Source: Zootoca vivipara
Taxonomy: Eukaryota
Assembly (NCBI RefSeq): GCF_963506605.1
Contig: NC_083277.1
Span: 102,176,001 to 102,240,000, forward strand
Length of the DNA stretch: 64,000 nt
Direction: 5' to 3'
The notes beneath the pieces were generated by a model. It saw only the letters and a program-made list of their open reading frames with translations. It was not told the origin of the DNA and searched no databases. Shown in pieces: positions 1-11,666 of this stretch; the first letter of the stretch is position 1; each line of letters begins with the position of its first letter. Both the position numbers and the translations under genes were made by a program.

Positions 1-1
1 T

Positions 2-346
2 CTACCACCAACTACATCTGCAACAGAATTCCATAGCTTTTGATCATATTACCAGATAATGGAATGGTCATGCCACAAAGAGGGTTTACGACCAAATGAC
101 TAGGGCTGGATTATAAAGGAGGACAACCAGCTTCACCCTGTGATGTCAGACATGGCCCCTGCACCTGAAAGTCTTTTGAAAGTTATCCACTGTAACTGCA
201 CCATTGGTTGTAGTACATTCCGTTGCATGTGCAAAAGAAATAGTTTTCCATGTTCAACAGCTTGTGGTCAGTGCCAGACCATTGGTTGTGAAAATGTGTT
301 GTTGATTGAACATTGTTGTGATATAGAAGATGATATGGATGGCTGA
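2..346 (+). pseudogene. Decayed C-terminus of a DNA-transposon protein with a CXC/tesmin-like Cys cluster (probably Academ/AcademX); truncated by the window edge
   Basis: Frame from nt 2 reads LPPTTSATEFHSF*SYYQIMEW...PND*GWIIK...PVMSDMAPAPESLLKVIHCNCTIGCSTFRCMCKRNSFPCSTACGQCQTIGCEN. Stops at 41-43 (TGA, likely ex-CGA) and 101-103 (TAG, likely ex-TGG). The LPPT..H..R..YQ..W..GW..PAP..LL..CxC..C..CxC..C..C..C..CxN layout matches, from memory, the end of Academ XPG+Cys-finger proteins. Confidence 0.7.
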
Positions 347-595
347 TGTCTGCTTTCGTTATTTGTGATACATATTAAAAGTTCAAGTGTCTTATTGTGA
401 TCTTTTTTCGATGTAACATTGCTTTCACTTTGTTGTTTTTAGGAAACATTTAAATACAGAAATCATTTAGCCTAATAACTAGATCAATGACAACTTTGTA
501 TTATTTTCCCTGACGTTTGGTAACAATTAAAAAGCATAGGATATACACAATCAAGTTTAGAAAACTAATCGAAATACAATAAAATAGATACGCAT

Positions 596-1250
596 AAGGC
601 AGCAAAAGGCGGCAAAAGGAACAAGGCACAAGGTGTCACAAGGCACAAGAAGGCAAAAGAAGGCACAAGGCAAAAGACACAAGGCGGCACAAGACAGCAC
701 AAGGTGGCAGAAGGTGGCAGAAGGCACAAAGCGGCACAAGCCACAAGAAGGTAAAAGAAGGCACAAGGCAAAAGGCACGAAGTGGTACGGTACAAGGTGG
801 CACAAGCCACAAGGCAAAACACAAGGCAGCAAAAGATGGTACAAGGCAGAAGGCGGCACAAGGCACACGGCGGCACAAGGTGGAACAAGAAGGCAAAAGG
901 CACCTGGCAGCACAAGGCAGAAGGCAAAAGACAAGGCGGCACAAGGCAGGACAAGGCGGGACAAACCACAAGGCTGCACAATAAAGCAAAACACAAGGCG
1001 GCACAAGGCCACAAGAAGGCACAAGGCAAAAGAAGGCACAAGGTACAAGGCGGCACAAGGTACAAGGCGGCAAAAGGTACAAGGCAGCAAAAGGTACAAG
1101 GCGGCAAAAGGTACAAGGCACAAGGTAAAAGAAGGCAAAAGGCACATGGCGGCACAAGGTGGCAAAAGCCACAAGGCAGCAAAAGAAGGCAAAAAAGGGC
1201 ACATGGCAAAAGATGGCACAAGGCGGCAAAAGAAGGCACAAGGCACAGGC
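596..1250. repeat. Purine-rich degenerate minisatellite (AAGGCAC/AAGGCGGCAC/AAGGCAAAAG units)
   Basis: Dozens of 7-11 bp variant units with very few T on the + strand. It explains the overlapping low-complexity ORFs at 557-1678. Confidence 0.9.
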
Positions 1251-2269
1251 TAGGTGATGGCTCAGGCACGGGCGAAGGTGATGGCGAATACTCTTACCAA
1301 AGCAGAAGGTACACTTATCAAGGCAGAAGATGGGAAGATTTCTGTCTTGTACAGTCTGCATCTGGGTTTGGTTCATCAGATTCTAGTGCAAGGATTAGCT
1401 GTTGCAGATATAACTCGAACAAATCAACTCTGTACAAGCAAGGCATGTTGGGAACCAGCAGGTGGCAACAGAAGACCACTCATTCAGAAGTGGTTTTTCA
1501 AGCAAAGGAGAGAAACATGCACCCCCAATTAGGAAAGAAATCCATTATTTTAAACATGCTTTTGGTCAATGCTGCTATTCCGTCAGTATCTGAAGAGAGA
1601 AACCATTTTATTCTGTTATTGTTCACGGTTTATGTTACACCCCTGTCCTGTCAGGAAATGTTTAAGTGCAGTGGATAAACAATTTCCTGCTTCAGAGGTG
1701 CATTCTTATCTATTTGATCGGCAGTATATACACAGTTCATGAGAAAGTAGCCGCTATTCAAGTGATCACTTCCATAAAGATCCCACCTTAACCGTCTTAA
1801 ACTGGAAAAGGAACCATCCCTTCCGAGCCATGGAGGGCACACCTATCCTGAATTGTGTTTGAGCAGGAAGATTGCATAATTGTCTTTTCAATTCTTCCAC
1901 TGAAAACACATCTGGCTGCCCACATGGCAGTTTTTAAAGTTTGTTGACTCACTGTGTTTTGACTTGTTGGAAGCCGCCCAGACGACCCGATTAACCCAGT
2001 TAGAGGCTTGGCATATAAATAAATTATTTTTATTAATCATAAAAGTGCAAACGAAAGAAGAGGGAGGAGAACAATAGAAAACATAACGAAGAGAGAGAGA
2101 AAAGTAGAGAAACTAAAGCATAAAGCCTCGTTAGGTTATAATGGTTAAGTGGTTTATTCTACAGTAGTCATTCCGCCCAAATCAAGGAGGTAACGGGCTG
2201 CCCGTTTACAAAAACCCAGAGCCGTAATTAGAAATAATCCGCTTAAAGCAGAAACAAAAGAATGCAGCG

Positions 2270-3050
2270 TGGAAAGCGGAAGATGGCCCCGGGAAAAGGG
2301 CGGCGCCCCGGGGATCCTGCAGCTGCAGCTGCCGCCAGCTCATCGCTCGGCGGCTCACCTGCCGCCCACTTCTGACACCCTTCCAGGCTGATGCAACCAC
2401 CACAACACAACCACGTGGCCACCGTCAGCTGTTTCCACCTCGCCAGCCAATCGCTGCCGGCCCTGTTGGCGTCATGGGCGCGGCCTGAGAGCTCCGGATC
2501 CCTGGCTTTCGACCGAAGGCTTCCCAACCCGTCGGCCGCGGGAGGCGGGGCTAAAGGCGGCCCTTCCGAACCTTCGCCGCCCAATAGGAAAGCTCGGCAG
2601 GGAAGATGGCGCCGCCCTCAGGCCGGCGGTGACTGCGAGGCTTGTTGTTGTTGCTGCTGCTGCTGCCGTGGAGCTGTGGCTGCGGAGTGGGGGGTGGGAA
2701 GACCTAAGTCCGGCGGGGGGGATAGACGCCGAACCCCGGCGAGGGGCAAAAATCGAGGCCGGGGCTTCGGCGCGACCGCCGTCCATGGAGGCCGCCGGCG
2801 GAGAAGGGGAGCCGGAGGCGCTCAGCTGCTTCTCCTACAACCAGGACTGCACGTACGTGAGTGGGGAGAGAGCAGAGCGGGTCAGGCTCCCCTTCCCTGC
2901 CCGTCCACTCGCTTCCACCCCGGCGAAAGAGGGAGCCCAGCCCAGGGAGCGAAGCCACCCTCTCCTCCAGGCTGCCCAAGGCGGGGAAGGGACGGCGGCC
3001 TTAGAAAGGAAGGGAAGAAGGGGCGGGGTCGTGGAAACGGGGCATACAGA
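2270..3050 (+). promoter_or_regulatory. CpG island / WIPI1 promoter and 5' UTR
   Basis: Very GC- and CpG-rich. CCAAT boxes (~2447, ~2581), GC box GGCGGGGC (~2544), YY1-like AAGATGGCG (2603), E-box CCACGTGG (2411), TGATGCAA (2389). Surrounds the WIPI1 ATG. Confidence 0.85.
2785..2852 (+). CDS. WIPI1: WIPI1 exon 1 (MEAAGGEGEPEALSCFSYNQDCT)
   Basis: tccATGG start; ALSCFSYNQDCT matches the WIPI1 N-terminus; donor AC|GTACGT, phase 2. Confidence 0.93.
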
Positions 3051-3694
3051 ATTAATGGATACCCGGTTTAGTTTGGAGATCTTGTTAACAGCATCTTTGG
3101 ATTATTCCCGCTCTCTGAGGTGCGCTAAAATTAGGGCAACGTGGGCAAAAAGTTACGTCTGGTGTGTGATGGATAAGCTTTTCCCTATCGCCACACTTCC
3201 CCACGAGCTGTGTGGATCCCGACCTTTTTTTTTAAAGTCCCAACAAGTCGAAATTTACTTCGCATAGTGACTAGTTGATTTATTACTGCGTAAATTTTGG
3301 ACTTTAGGTCTTCAGCAACCATCATTTTCATAAATGTTTAACTGCAGGTTTGCCTGTGTAATAACCATGACTTGAGGCATCAAGCAAATATTAATGTGGA
3401 ATTTGTGTGTGAGAGAGATACACAAAAAAATACATACATATACATATATATGTATATATGTATACTCTCTCTCTCTATATATATATATATATCATTTTCT
3501 ATTATTTACAAAGTTATTAAGGGGTTTTTTTTTAATGGAGATGTAAGAACACCAATCATCTGATTGCAGGATATTGCTTCATAAGCTATTGCAAATTATT
3601 CTAAGAACATAGGGTTACACAAGCAGTGTTTAGAGATAATCAACTGTGAATTGCCTGAATCGTTTTGTTCATGTTATAGTGTATCAGTGTAGAG

Positions 3695-3944
3695 CAGGGG
3701 TCCCCAAATTAAGGCCCATGGGCCAGATACGACCCAATCACCTTCTAAATCTGGCCCACCGACGGTCCGGGAATCAGCATGTTTTTACATGAGTAGAATG
3801 TGTCCTTTTATTTAAAATGCATCTCTGCGTTATTTTTGGGGCATAGGAATTCATTCATATATTTTTTCAAAATATAGTCCGGCCCCCCACAAGGTCTGAG
3901 GGACAGTGGACCGGCCCCCTGCTGAAAAAGTTTGCTGACCCCTG
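3695..3944. mobile_element. hAT (Charlie-type) MITE, ~250 bp family
   Basis: CAGGGGT...ACCCCTG ends; 8-bp TSD GTGTAGAG (3687-3694, 3945-3952). Confidence 0.9.
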
Positions 3945-5220
3945 GTGTAGAGTATCAGTGGGATGGCTGAGCTTGCAGGTCATTGTGGAGTTTGATGGCT
4001 GTCAGATATGGTCTCAGGTCACTATTGATCTGATACTGCTGTGCTGTATTTCAACTTCATAGGCATAATTGCTGAAAAGCCTGCAAAATTATGTACCATC
4101 AAATGGCATCAGCACATTTGGGATACTTGGTAATAACAGAGTAATTTTGGTAGCATGAATCCAAAATTCAGATACCTCACTTCCAAACATTTTTCCTTTG
4201 AGGTTCCTATCGCATGATAATTCAATGACGACTTTGTGAACTTTATCAACTGCAAATTGGTTCCACACCCATTCAAAGTTTTGTGTTTCTTCAGCAGAAA
4301 AAGTGGAAAAAGTTTGACTAAGCAAACTCAGTTATCCTTGGCTAAACGATCAAGTCTGGTGACAGATTCAGCGATAGCTCACCACAAGTACCTGTGCATC
4401 AGAACTGAGCTGTAACACTCAGAATAACTCCCTATATAAGCATCTCTTGGCAAACTGTCACTGAATTTGCCACCAGAGAGTGGTTACCAAGTGCTAAAAT
4501 GTAAGGATTGAGCCTTTCTGACATTCTGTTACAAATGTAAGCACAGCATTATAATATGCCAACAAAAGAAAAAGTTGTAATAGGTATCGTCATACCAGTT
4601 TATAGGATTAAAAGCAATAATTATATTGGGTTTAGGTTTAAATCCACTTGCACAAGTTTTGTGACCCACTTGCAAGTCACAGCCTACAGGATAGGAAACA
4701 CTGCTTTGGGGTATGAAGTTGAATGTGGTTAGACTTTGGGCTGCTCAGCCTGATGATTCTATATAAGCTAGCTTTCCACCAGCTCAAGAATAGGTTAGTA
4801 ATTCCAAAAGAACTGAAGCCAAGCCCCAAAGCCTGGCTTTCTCCTTTTATCACTCTCCAGCTCTTTGTGTAGTGGCTGTGGTGATGCCTTTTCATTTTCT
4901 CCTCTTCTCTCCTGTACTTGCCTTTGGTAGCTAACCCCGTGGACCAAATGTACAGGAAAGGCAATCTTGTTTAGCAGGAAGGGCAACAGGAAATGCCACA
5001 ATGGTGTATTCACAGTTTAAATCCCAAGTATGGTTTCAGTTGTTGTCCCGCTTCTTAAAAATCTAACTGAAATGATGTGCACAGATGACAGACAGTAACG
5101 GACTCCTCCTTGATGAAGGATGCTTTAAACTGGAGATTGGGAAGCTGTGGCCCTCCCATAACATCCTGAACTACAACTACTATTATCCCTGACCATTTAT
5201 GATACTGGCTGGGGCTGTTC

Positions 5221-5436
5221 AGCCCAATCGCCATCTAAATCCGGCCTGTGTTAGTTCTGGAAATCAATGTGTTTTTTACATGAGTAGAATGTGCCCTTTT
5301 ATTTAAAACACATCTCTGGGTTATTTGTGGGGCATAGGAAGTCATTCATTTTTTCCCCTTCAAAATATAGTCCGGCCCCCCACAAGGTATGAGGGACAGT
5401 GGCCCAACCCCCTGCTGAAAAAGTTTGCTGACCCCT
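5221..5436. mobile_element. Truncated copy of the same ~250 bp hAT MITE, joined to a fragment of the palindromic MITE family
   Basis: Near-identical to 3730-3944 (catgagtagaatgtg...tttgctgacccctg). Confidence 0.8.
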
Positions 5437-7147
5437 GATATAGAGTGCCACAGGTCCCCACCCCACCCCCCTGTTTTAAAGGAAAACTATGATCCCTTTG
5501 CCAGGGCTTAGACTCTTGTGCCTGTTACTATTGGGGGTATATAATCCTGTAGGCCCACATAATGCAATGCACTACACATTAAACGTTTAGCATATCTTTC
5601 TTTTTACTCTAGAATGTGTGAGGCACTGGTCCATCTTTTTACTGCTTGTATGCTTTAGAAACGAGATGTAGGGAGCCATGGTTGGCGCAGATTTCTGAAG
5701 TGTGCATGCAGTGTAAAAGAAATGTAGCTACATTTGTATGTTTTCAGGTTAGAAAGTGGTACATGCCGAAGTACTAAGGTATGCCTGCATCTACTGTAAT
5801 ATATGAAGCAGTTCTTGGTGTTGTTGAAACGGGAATTGGCACAGATTGGTGTTTGATTTTATACATTCCTCTGATGCAGGGTTTGGCACGGTACTCGCAG
5901 CAGTGTAGCTAGCCCTGTCCTGGGCACCCGGAGCTGTGCGCCTGGGACAGGGCTAGCTGCCCATGGGGGTGGGGCAAGCCACCCATTGGGCGGGGCGAGC
6001 TGGGGCAGGGGCAAGCCACCTCCCCTCAGCTGGAGGGTGACTGCGGCCAGGAGAGAGGTGGCAGCTAGGGCGCCCCTGCAAGCCATGCACCACACATATC
6101 TCATGCCGCATCCCGCTGGAGGGTGCCCTGCAGCCCTAGTGCCGCCCGTGGACCGCCTCCCCCGTCCCTCCGCTACTGGGTATTCCCCTTGTGGTCCCAA
6201 CAACCCCTGTGGTTCTATGAAGACAAGTTTCTGGTCCTCATGGTTGCAGAGAGAAGTTTGATTCTTGGATGTCAGATAGTGCTCAAGAATGCAAACGAAT
6301 GAGAACAAAATACAGTATCCTCTTTCTCATTCCCCACCCAATCTCATCCACCCATCTATCTATCTTTATATAAAAAAATTTCCTCTCTCTCCAGGATCTT
6401 TCAAGGGTTGTAGCAGTTTCCAACTATGGAAGTTGTTGAACAGGCTCCAGCAACTGCAGTATTGCATTAAACAAGTTACAATGTGATTTTTCCGGTCATA
6501 TTAATCATGTGCAATTAAGGTGCAGGATGAGTCTCCTGTCTTCACTGTGCTTCCATTGTGGTTGTTAGTGCTGTGCAATAAATCCTGAGGAACTGCTCAT
6601 TGCCTTAAACAGGATGTGGAGAAAGGTGAACTTGAGGTCTGACATCTTATCATTTTATAATTGGGGTGGGGGTGGGGGTGGGGAGCAACCTCTGAGCCAG
6701 AAATATATTACTGTGAACAGGAAATATCTTTGCTCTGAGCCAAAATGCAGGAAACAAAGGACATTGAAGGAAGTCATCGGGGAGCATGTTTCAAACAAAC
6801 AAAAGGCAGAAGGCTTTCATACTGGTTGCTGCCTAATTGGTCTATGAAACACTTTGCCATAGGGCACAGTGAATGAAAGTCAAATGAGTTTAACACATGA
6901 TGTGACACATTTTAGGTTCAGATGTTAGTGGTGTTTTCTGCTGTTTTGGGTATTAGGAGGTGAACACCAGTGGAGGGATTGTTTCATACTTTATCACTTC
7001 CTCGGATCCCCTGTCAAAGGCAGAATGCTAGAGATGGATTGACTATTAGTGTGAGCTGCTGTTGCAGTTATTTTGTTTTGATCTTAAAACCATACTGAAT
7101 AGAAGATAAACTGTGGGCAAATTAAAGGGAGCACAGATGGATTAGAT

Positions 7148-7283
7148 CAGGCATCCCCAAACTTTGGCCCTCCAGATGTTTTGGACTACAATTCCCATCT
7201 TCCCTGACCACTGGTCCTGTTAGCTAGGGATCATGGGAGTTGTAGGCCAAAACATCTGGAGGGCCGCAGTTTGGGGATGCCTG
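7148..7283. mobile_element. Palindromic ~136 bp hAT MITE
   Basis: CAGGCATCCCCAAACT...AGTTTGGGGATGCCTG long TIRs; TSD GATTAGAT. Confidence 0.92.
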
Positions 7284-8930
7284 GATTAGATTCTTAAGTT
7301 GAGGAAGGGAACTCTAAGAAAAGGCATTGCCTTGTTGGATCAGATTAAAGGTCCATTAATTCAGCAATCTGTCTCCAATACTGCCCAGATCAGTGTCTCT
7401 TGAAGTTCAAACTATGTCATAGAGAAGCTAGCTAACCCCTGTTTGTCTCCAGGCATTTGGTAATTAGAAGTTTATTTCCTGTGGTCATGGAGGGTCAGAA
7501 AAGCCAGTCATGTGACATGGTATATAAACCCTTTCTACAAACAAATCGTAGATTAAATAATTTTTGGGCAAAGTGTGTAAAATCTTAGTGGAAACACTGT
7601 CTTCTGAATGGGAAAGACTCCTTCTCTTCGGCATAAGGGCACCACAAATTAAAAGTCTCTTGTGTCTGCCCATCTGGCTTCCAGATGCGGAAGGAGAATC
7701 CGGTAGGTGAAAAAGTGCATGTGAGGTAAGCAAGTAAGAGAGAGAAGCGAGTCAAAAAAAGGCTTTGCTGAAGAAGTGTATTGTGAGGAGGAAATTAAAG
7801 AAAAGAAGCAAGTGGTTCATAAAATGTGAAGAGATTGTTCCAGGCATGAAATATCAGGGCAGAAGGTAAGAAGTTGGAAAATGAGACAGGGAGTGTCATC
7901 AGTAGCAGATGAACCTTGCTCTTGTCTAAACGTTGATGGTCCTGCTCCCCTATTTGAAGCGTCAGAAAATGAACATGAGACATAGCTAGTCCCTATCTAC
8001 CACAGAACTTTATTGAACTAAGGATCCTTCTGTTACTGATTCCATTCTGTGCAGTACCTAAGATCTACAGCTTCCAATAATAGAAGTAAAGCTACCTCTG
8101 CAGCCAGTCATGTGAGCCGACATTTCAGAGGAAATGTACATAAGATAGACATGTCCATCCTGGGCTGTGCCATTTTAGACTGCAAGACAAAGGCTGTATG
8201 TTTGAATGGTCCCTAACATAAAACTTTCTGCACTTAAAGGCAGTAGTATTTTGAGGGGGGATGGCTAGGCTGGGTAGTTTTGGGGTCAGAAGGTTTCCCC
8301 CTGGCAGCTGGGTTTCCATGTGTAGCTTTTCTTGAATATTGGGGAAACATTCAGACAAACAGCCCTCTACCTGCATGGTGGAATGATTGTATTAAATGAG
8401 ATTATAGGTTGTGTCTAATCTTAGTACTCTTTGCCCTAACAAATGCTAAATAACAGAATGGGGCTGATAAAGACCTGAACTCAGAATATGCTCTGCCTTT
8501 CTGGAAAGCAGAATGGTGGAGCAACACCCCTCCCCCTCCCGCTCAGATAATTCTGAGCGACAGCTTTCCCAATATACCCAATGTCATCAGTATCTGGCAG
8601 CCTCCCTTGTTATGCCATTCTAGAACTGTGTTTCTCTAGAACTACTTAAAGGCCATTGCAGTGTTTTAATTCTCTCTTGTGTCACATTTCCTGCTTTACA
8701 GGTTTGCTTCTCATATTTATATCTGATTCATGCCTGTTAGGTTGCAAATTGCTATATAATGGTGCCATTCAGATCACAATGGAATTGTTTGTCCGAGGTT
8801 TGGATTGCTGGTATGCGAAAGATCCAGTGGATGCTGGATCCAGTGCACATTTATTCTGAGAATCGAAGTTGCATTTATTTTTGTGCCTACCTTTCACCCC
8901 ATTGTGAGTGTAAAAAGAATGGGGGCCAGC

Positions 8931-8931
<1 letters not shown>

Positions 8932-8975
<44 letters not shown>

Positions 8976-9100
8976 TATTAGTTATACCTGCCCATCTGGC
9001 TGGGTTTCACCAGCCACTCTGGGCAGCTTCCAACAAAATATTAAAATACAATAGTCCTTCAGATATTAAAAGCTTCCCTAAACAGGGTTGCCTTCAGATG
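8932..9100 (-). mobile_element. 3' end of a LINE (L2-like) with (AAT)n tail; related pieces at ~1940-2035 and ~30230-30400
   Basis: Shared cccatctggctggg...ccactctggg...cttccctaaacagggttgccttcagatg sequence next to a simple-repeat tail. Confidence 0.55.
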
Positions 9101-11583
9101 CATAGGTCAGTGGCGAGTCTCAAGTGGGAGCTTTGGGATTTGAATCTATGGCAAAGTGGGGAAATGAGGATTATGGAAAAGATCAATAGTACCTGCGTGT
9201 CACTTTATATGCACGCACACAAAATCTCTCTGTTTAGAAATGTAAATCCTGGTAGAAGAAGAAGAATCAGATAAATTATATTGGAAGTAAAATGTGGATT
9301 ATTTGGAAAGAGATAGGAAGACGTCTCTTTAATATATAAATGTAATGCCTGTGCCTTATAGTTTGGGGTAGGGGAAGTAACAAGGAAGTAAGCTGCCAAA
9401 CATTGGGGGACAGAGGACATTTTGCCTATTTTGCTTTCATTACTCACCTGGTTGGGTTGACTCTGAAGCCCAAATCTCGCCTTATTCCAGTAAGTATCTC
9501 TATCAGTTAAGGGAGCAATCTGACTCACACTGGCTAATCAGCTGAGGGGCCTTAGGAAGCTAAGCCATGCTCTGCCAGCAGAGATGGAAGTATGCTAGCA
9601 GGTCAACATCCCACTAGACATCCTCTGGCCCACGTGTGGAAAGCTCTGCTGGAATAGGAGTTCCCATTGGTGGAGCAGGGAGAAACATCTGAGGTGGGAA
9701 CAGAGATGTCACATCCTAAGCCTCTTTGTTCCCTTGATCTACCTCTGGAACTAAGGTGCTAGGGTAGTTAATTCCCTGGCCACAGTGAGGTGGGGGGAGA
9801 GGATGTGGCAGTTACTCTGCCAGCAGATCTTCTCCTTTCACCTTAGTAAGGTAGGATTTCTCTGTTCATTGGATCCCACTGCTATCACCACTGTGTATGA
9901 CATCTTCAGCCCAGGGATGGGGAAAATCTTGGTGGAATTGTAACCATGTCTATTAAAAAGTATGTCCTACTGAGTTCAGTGGGGCTTACTCCTAGTTAGG
10001 CGTGTTTAGGATTGCAGTCATAAACTCTCTGTTGACAGAGTAACAGTGCAATCCTATGCATGTTTAGTTGGAAGTAAATCCCACTGTATTCATTTGGGTT
10101 TAGGATTGCACCTTCTTATGCATTTTGTTGTGCCTCTCTTCTTCAGTCTCCTAATTGCCTACTCATTCACAGCTTCAACCAGTAGTCAGGAAAGGTAGGA
10201 AGATTAGTTTGCTTATGTCAATATATCTGACAGGTGTGGGAGGCAAAGTAGAAAGCGTGTTAGTTAGCAAGTGTGTGTATATGTGTGAAAATTTTCTTGT
10301 TGAGCATTTGAACAAAGAGCGTCGGTAGAAAACTGATAGGGGTGCTTGTATGTTATACGCAATTGTGTCGTCTTCATTCTAGGATATTTTAAGGTAATCA
10401 CAAAATGAAACATTGACGTGTACAACTGCTTAGATCAAGCAAGTCAGCATGACATCAGTTAAATGTAATGCTTTGTACCTGCTGTGTGTACATTTGGCAG
10501 GGGAAGCCAAATGTTGCAGAACTGTCGCTTGATAGCTTCATACATAACGTGCAGGCACAGGGTTATTACAGTCTGATGGCACACGATTCCGCAAACTTTC
10601 TGAAGTTGAGGAGGCCACTGACTGTTCAATTTCTGGATGGGATGCTGCCTATAAACTTAATATACTTGAGAGCTCTGTGTACATTGTCTTGAGCTCTGTG
10701 GAAGAAAGGTAGGATATAAATGTAATAAATATGTATATGTTGAGCAAACTAACCTTATTCTCCCGATGGAGAATGGGCACTACCTGTGGTCCTCCAGTTG
10801 ACGCTGCACTACATTACTGATGATTGGCCATGCTGTCTGGAACTTAGGGAACTATAACCCTACAGGTGCCACAGCTGTGCTTCAGGTTTTTAATCCAAAG
10901 CTGAAGCAAAGTCTTAAGTACCGTTTGCTGCATCTGGTTGCATTCAGTCTCATTATCATTGTCTCTTCCAGCTACCCACCTGCAGTTTTAATTTAGATTG
11001 TATGCTCCTTGGAGCAGGGACTTGTCGCTCCGCTCTTTCACTGCTCTTTAAATTATGTATAGATGACTTACAAATCTATACAAATAATAATGGCTGGGAC
11101 ATTTGTAATATTTGCACACCTGCTTGCTACCCTGTATCATCTTAAGTACAGATGTGCTGCTGCTTCCTCTCCCTAATACAAGCCCTTATTATCCCAGGTA
11201 AACTTCTAAAGTTTCTTAATTTTCACCCTTCCAGTTGGTTCTGCATGCTCATGGGTTAGTCTCTCGTCATAGTATCCTCCCTCCCTGTTCTCAGTACTTC
11301 CACATCTGGGTTCCTGTTGGCTTCTTAGGGCTTGGGCAGTTCTGTTCCTTTCTCTAAGTACTCCTTGGTTTTTGTGAGTAGCTTGTAACCTTTTAGCTGA
11401 GAGGTAAGATTTTCAGACATGTAACCGTAGGTACCTTTCTGAATGAGTTCCTTAACCCATAGGTCTCTTCCTTAATCTTGCCATCAAACCCATCAGATCC
11501 AACTTTCCTATTGCCAGACAATCATTCTGGTTCAGAATGTGCCAAGCTTTGCAAGTAACCAATGCTTATATTATCTTTTGCAG

Positions 11584-11666
11584 TTCCCTGGCTATTGGAA
11601 CCAGAACTGGGTACAGGCTTTTTTCCTTGAGTTCTGTGGAGCAGCTGGATCAGGTCCATGAAAGCA
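11584..11666 (+). CDS. WIPI1: WIPI1 exon 2 (SLAIGTRTGYRLFSLSSVEQLDQVHES)
   Basis: ttttgcag| acceptor, |gtaagt donor, 83 nt. Confidence 0.96.

Noticed and set aside
557-1678. Five overlapping 200-300 aa ORFs (K/R/G-rich or C/L/P-rich)
   Set aside because: They result from a minisatellite that lacks stop codons; low complexity, no domain, open on both strands.
2206-3267. Long ORFs on both strands across the CpG island
   Set aside because: Expected from high GC content; only 2785-2852 matches a protein.
7768-7800. Other CTGANGA strings (7768, 22051, 29312, 61897) as possible hammerheads
   Set aside because: No stem II followed by GAAA and a cleavage triplet in the required arrangement.
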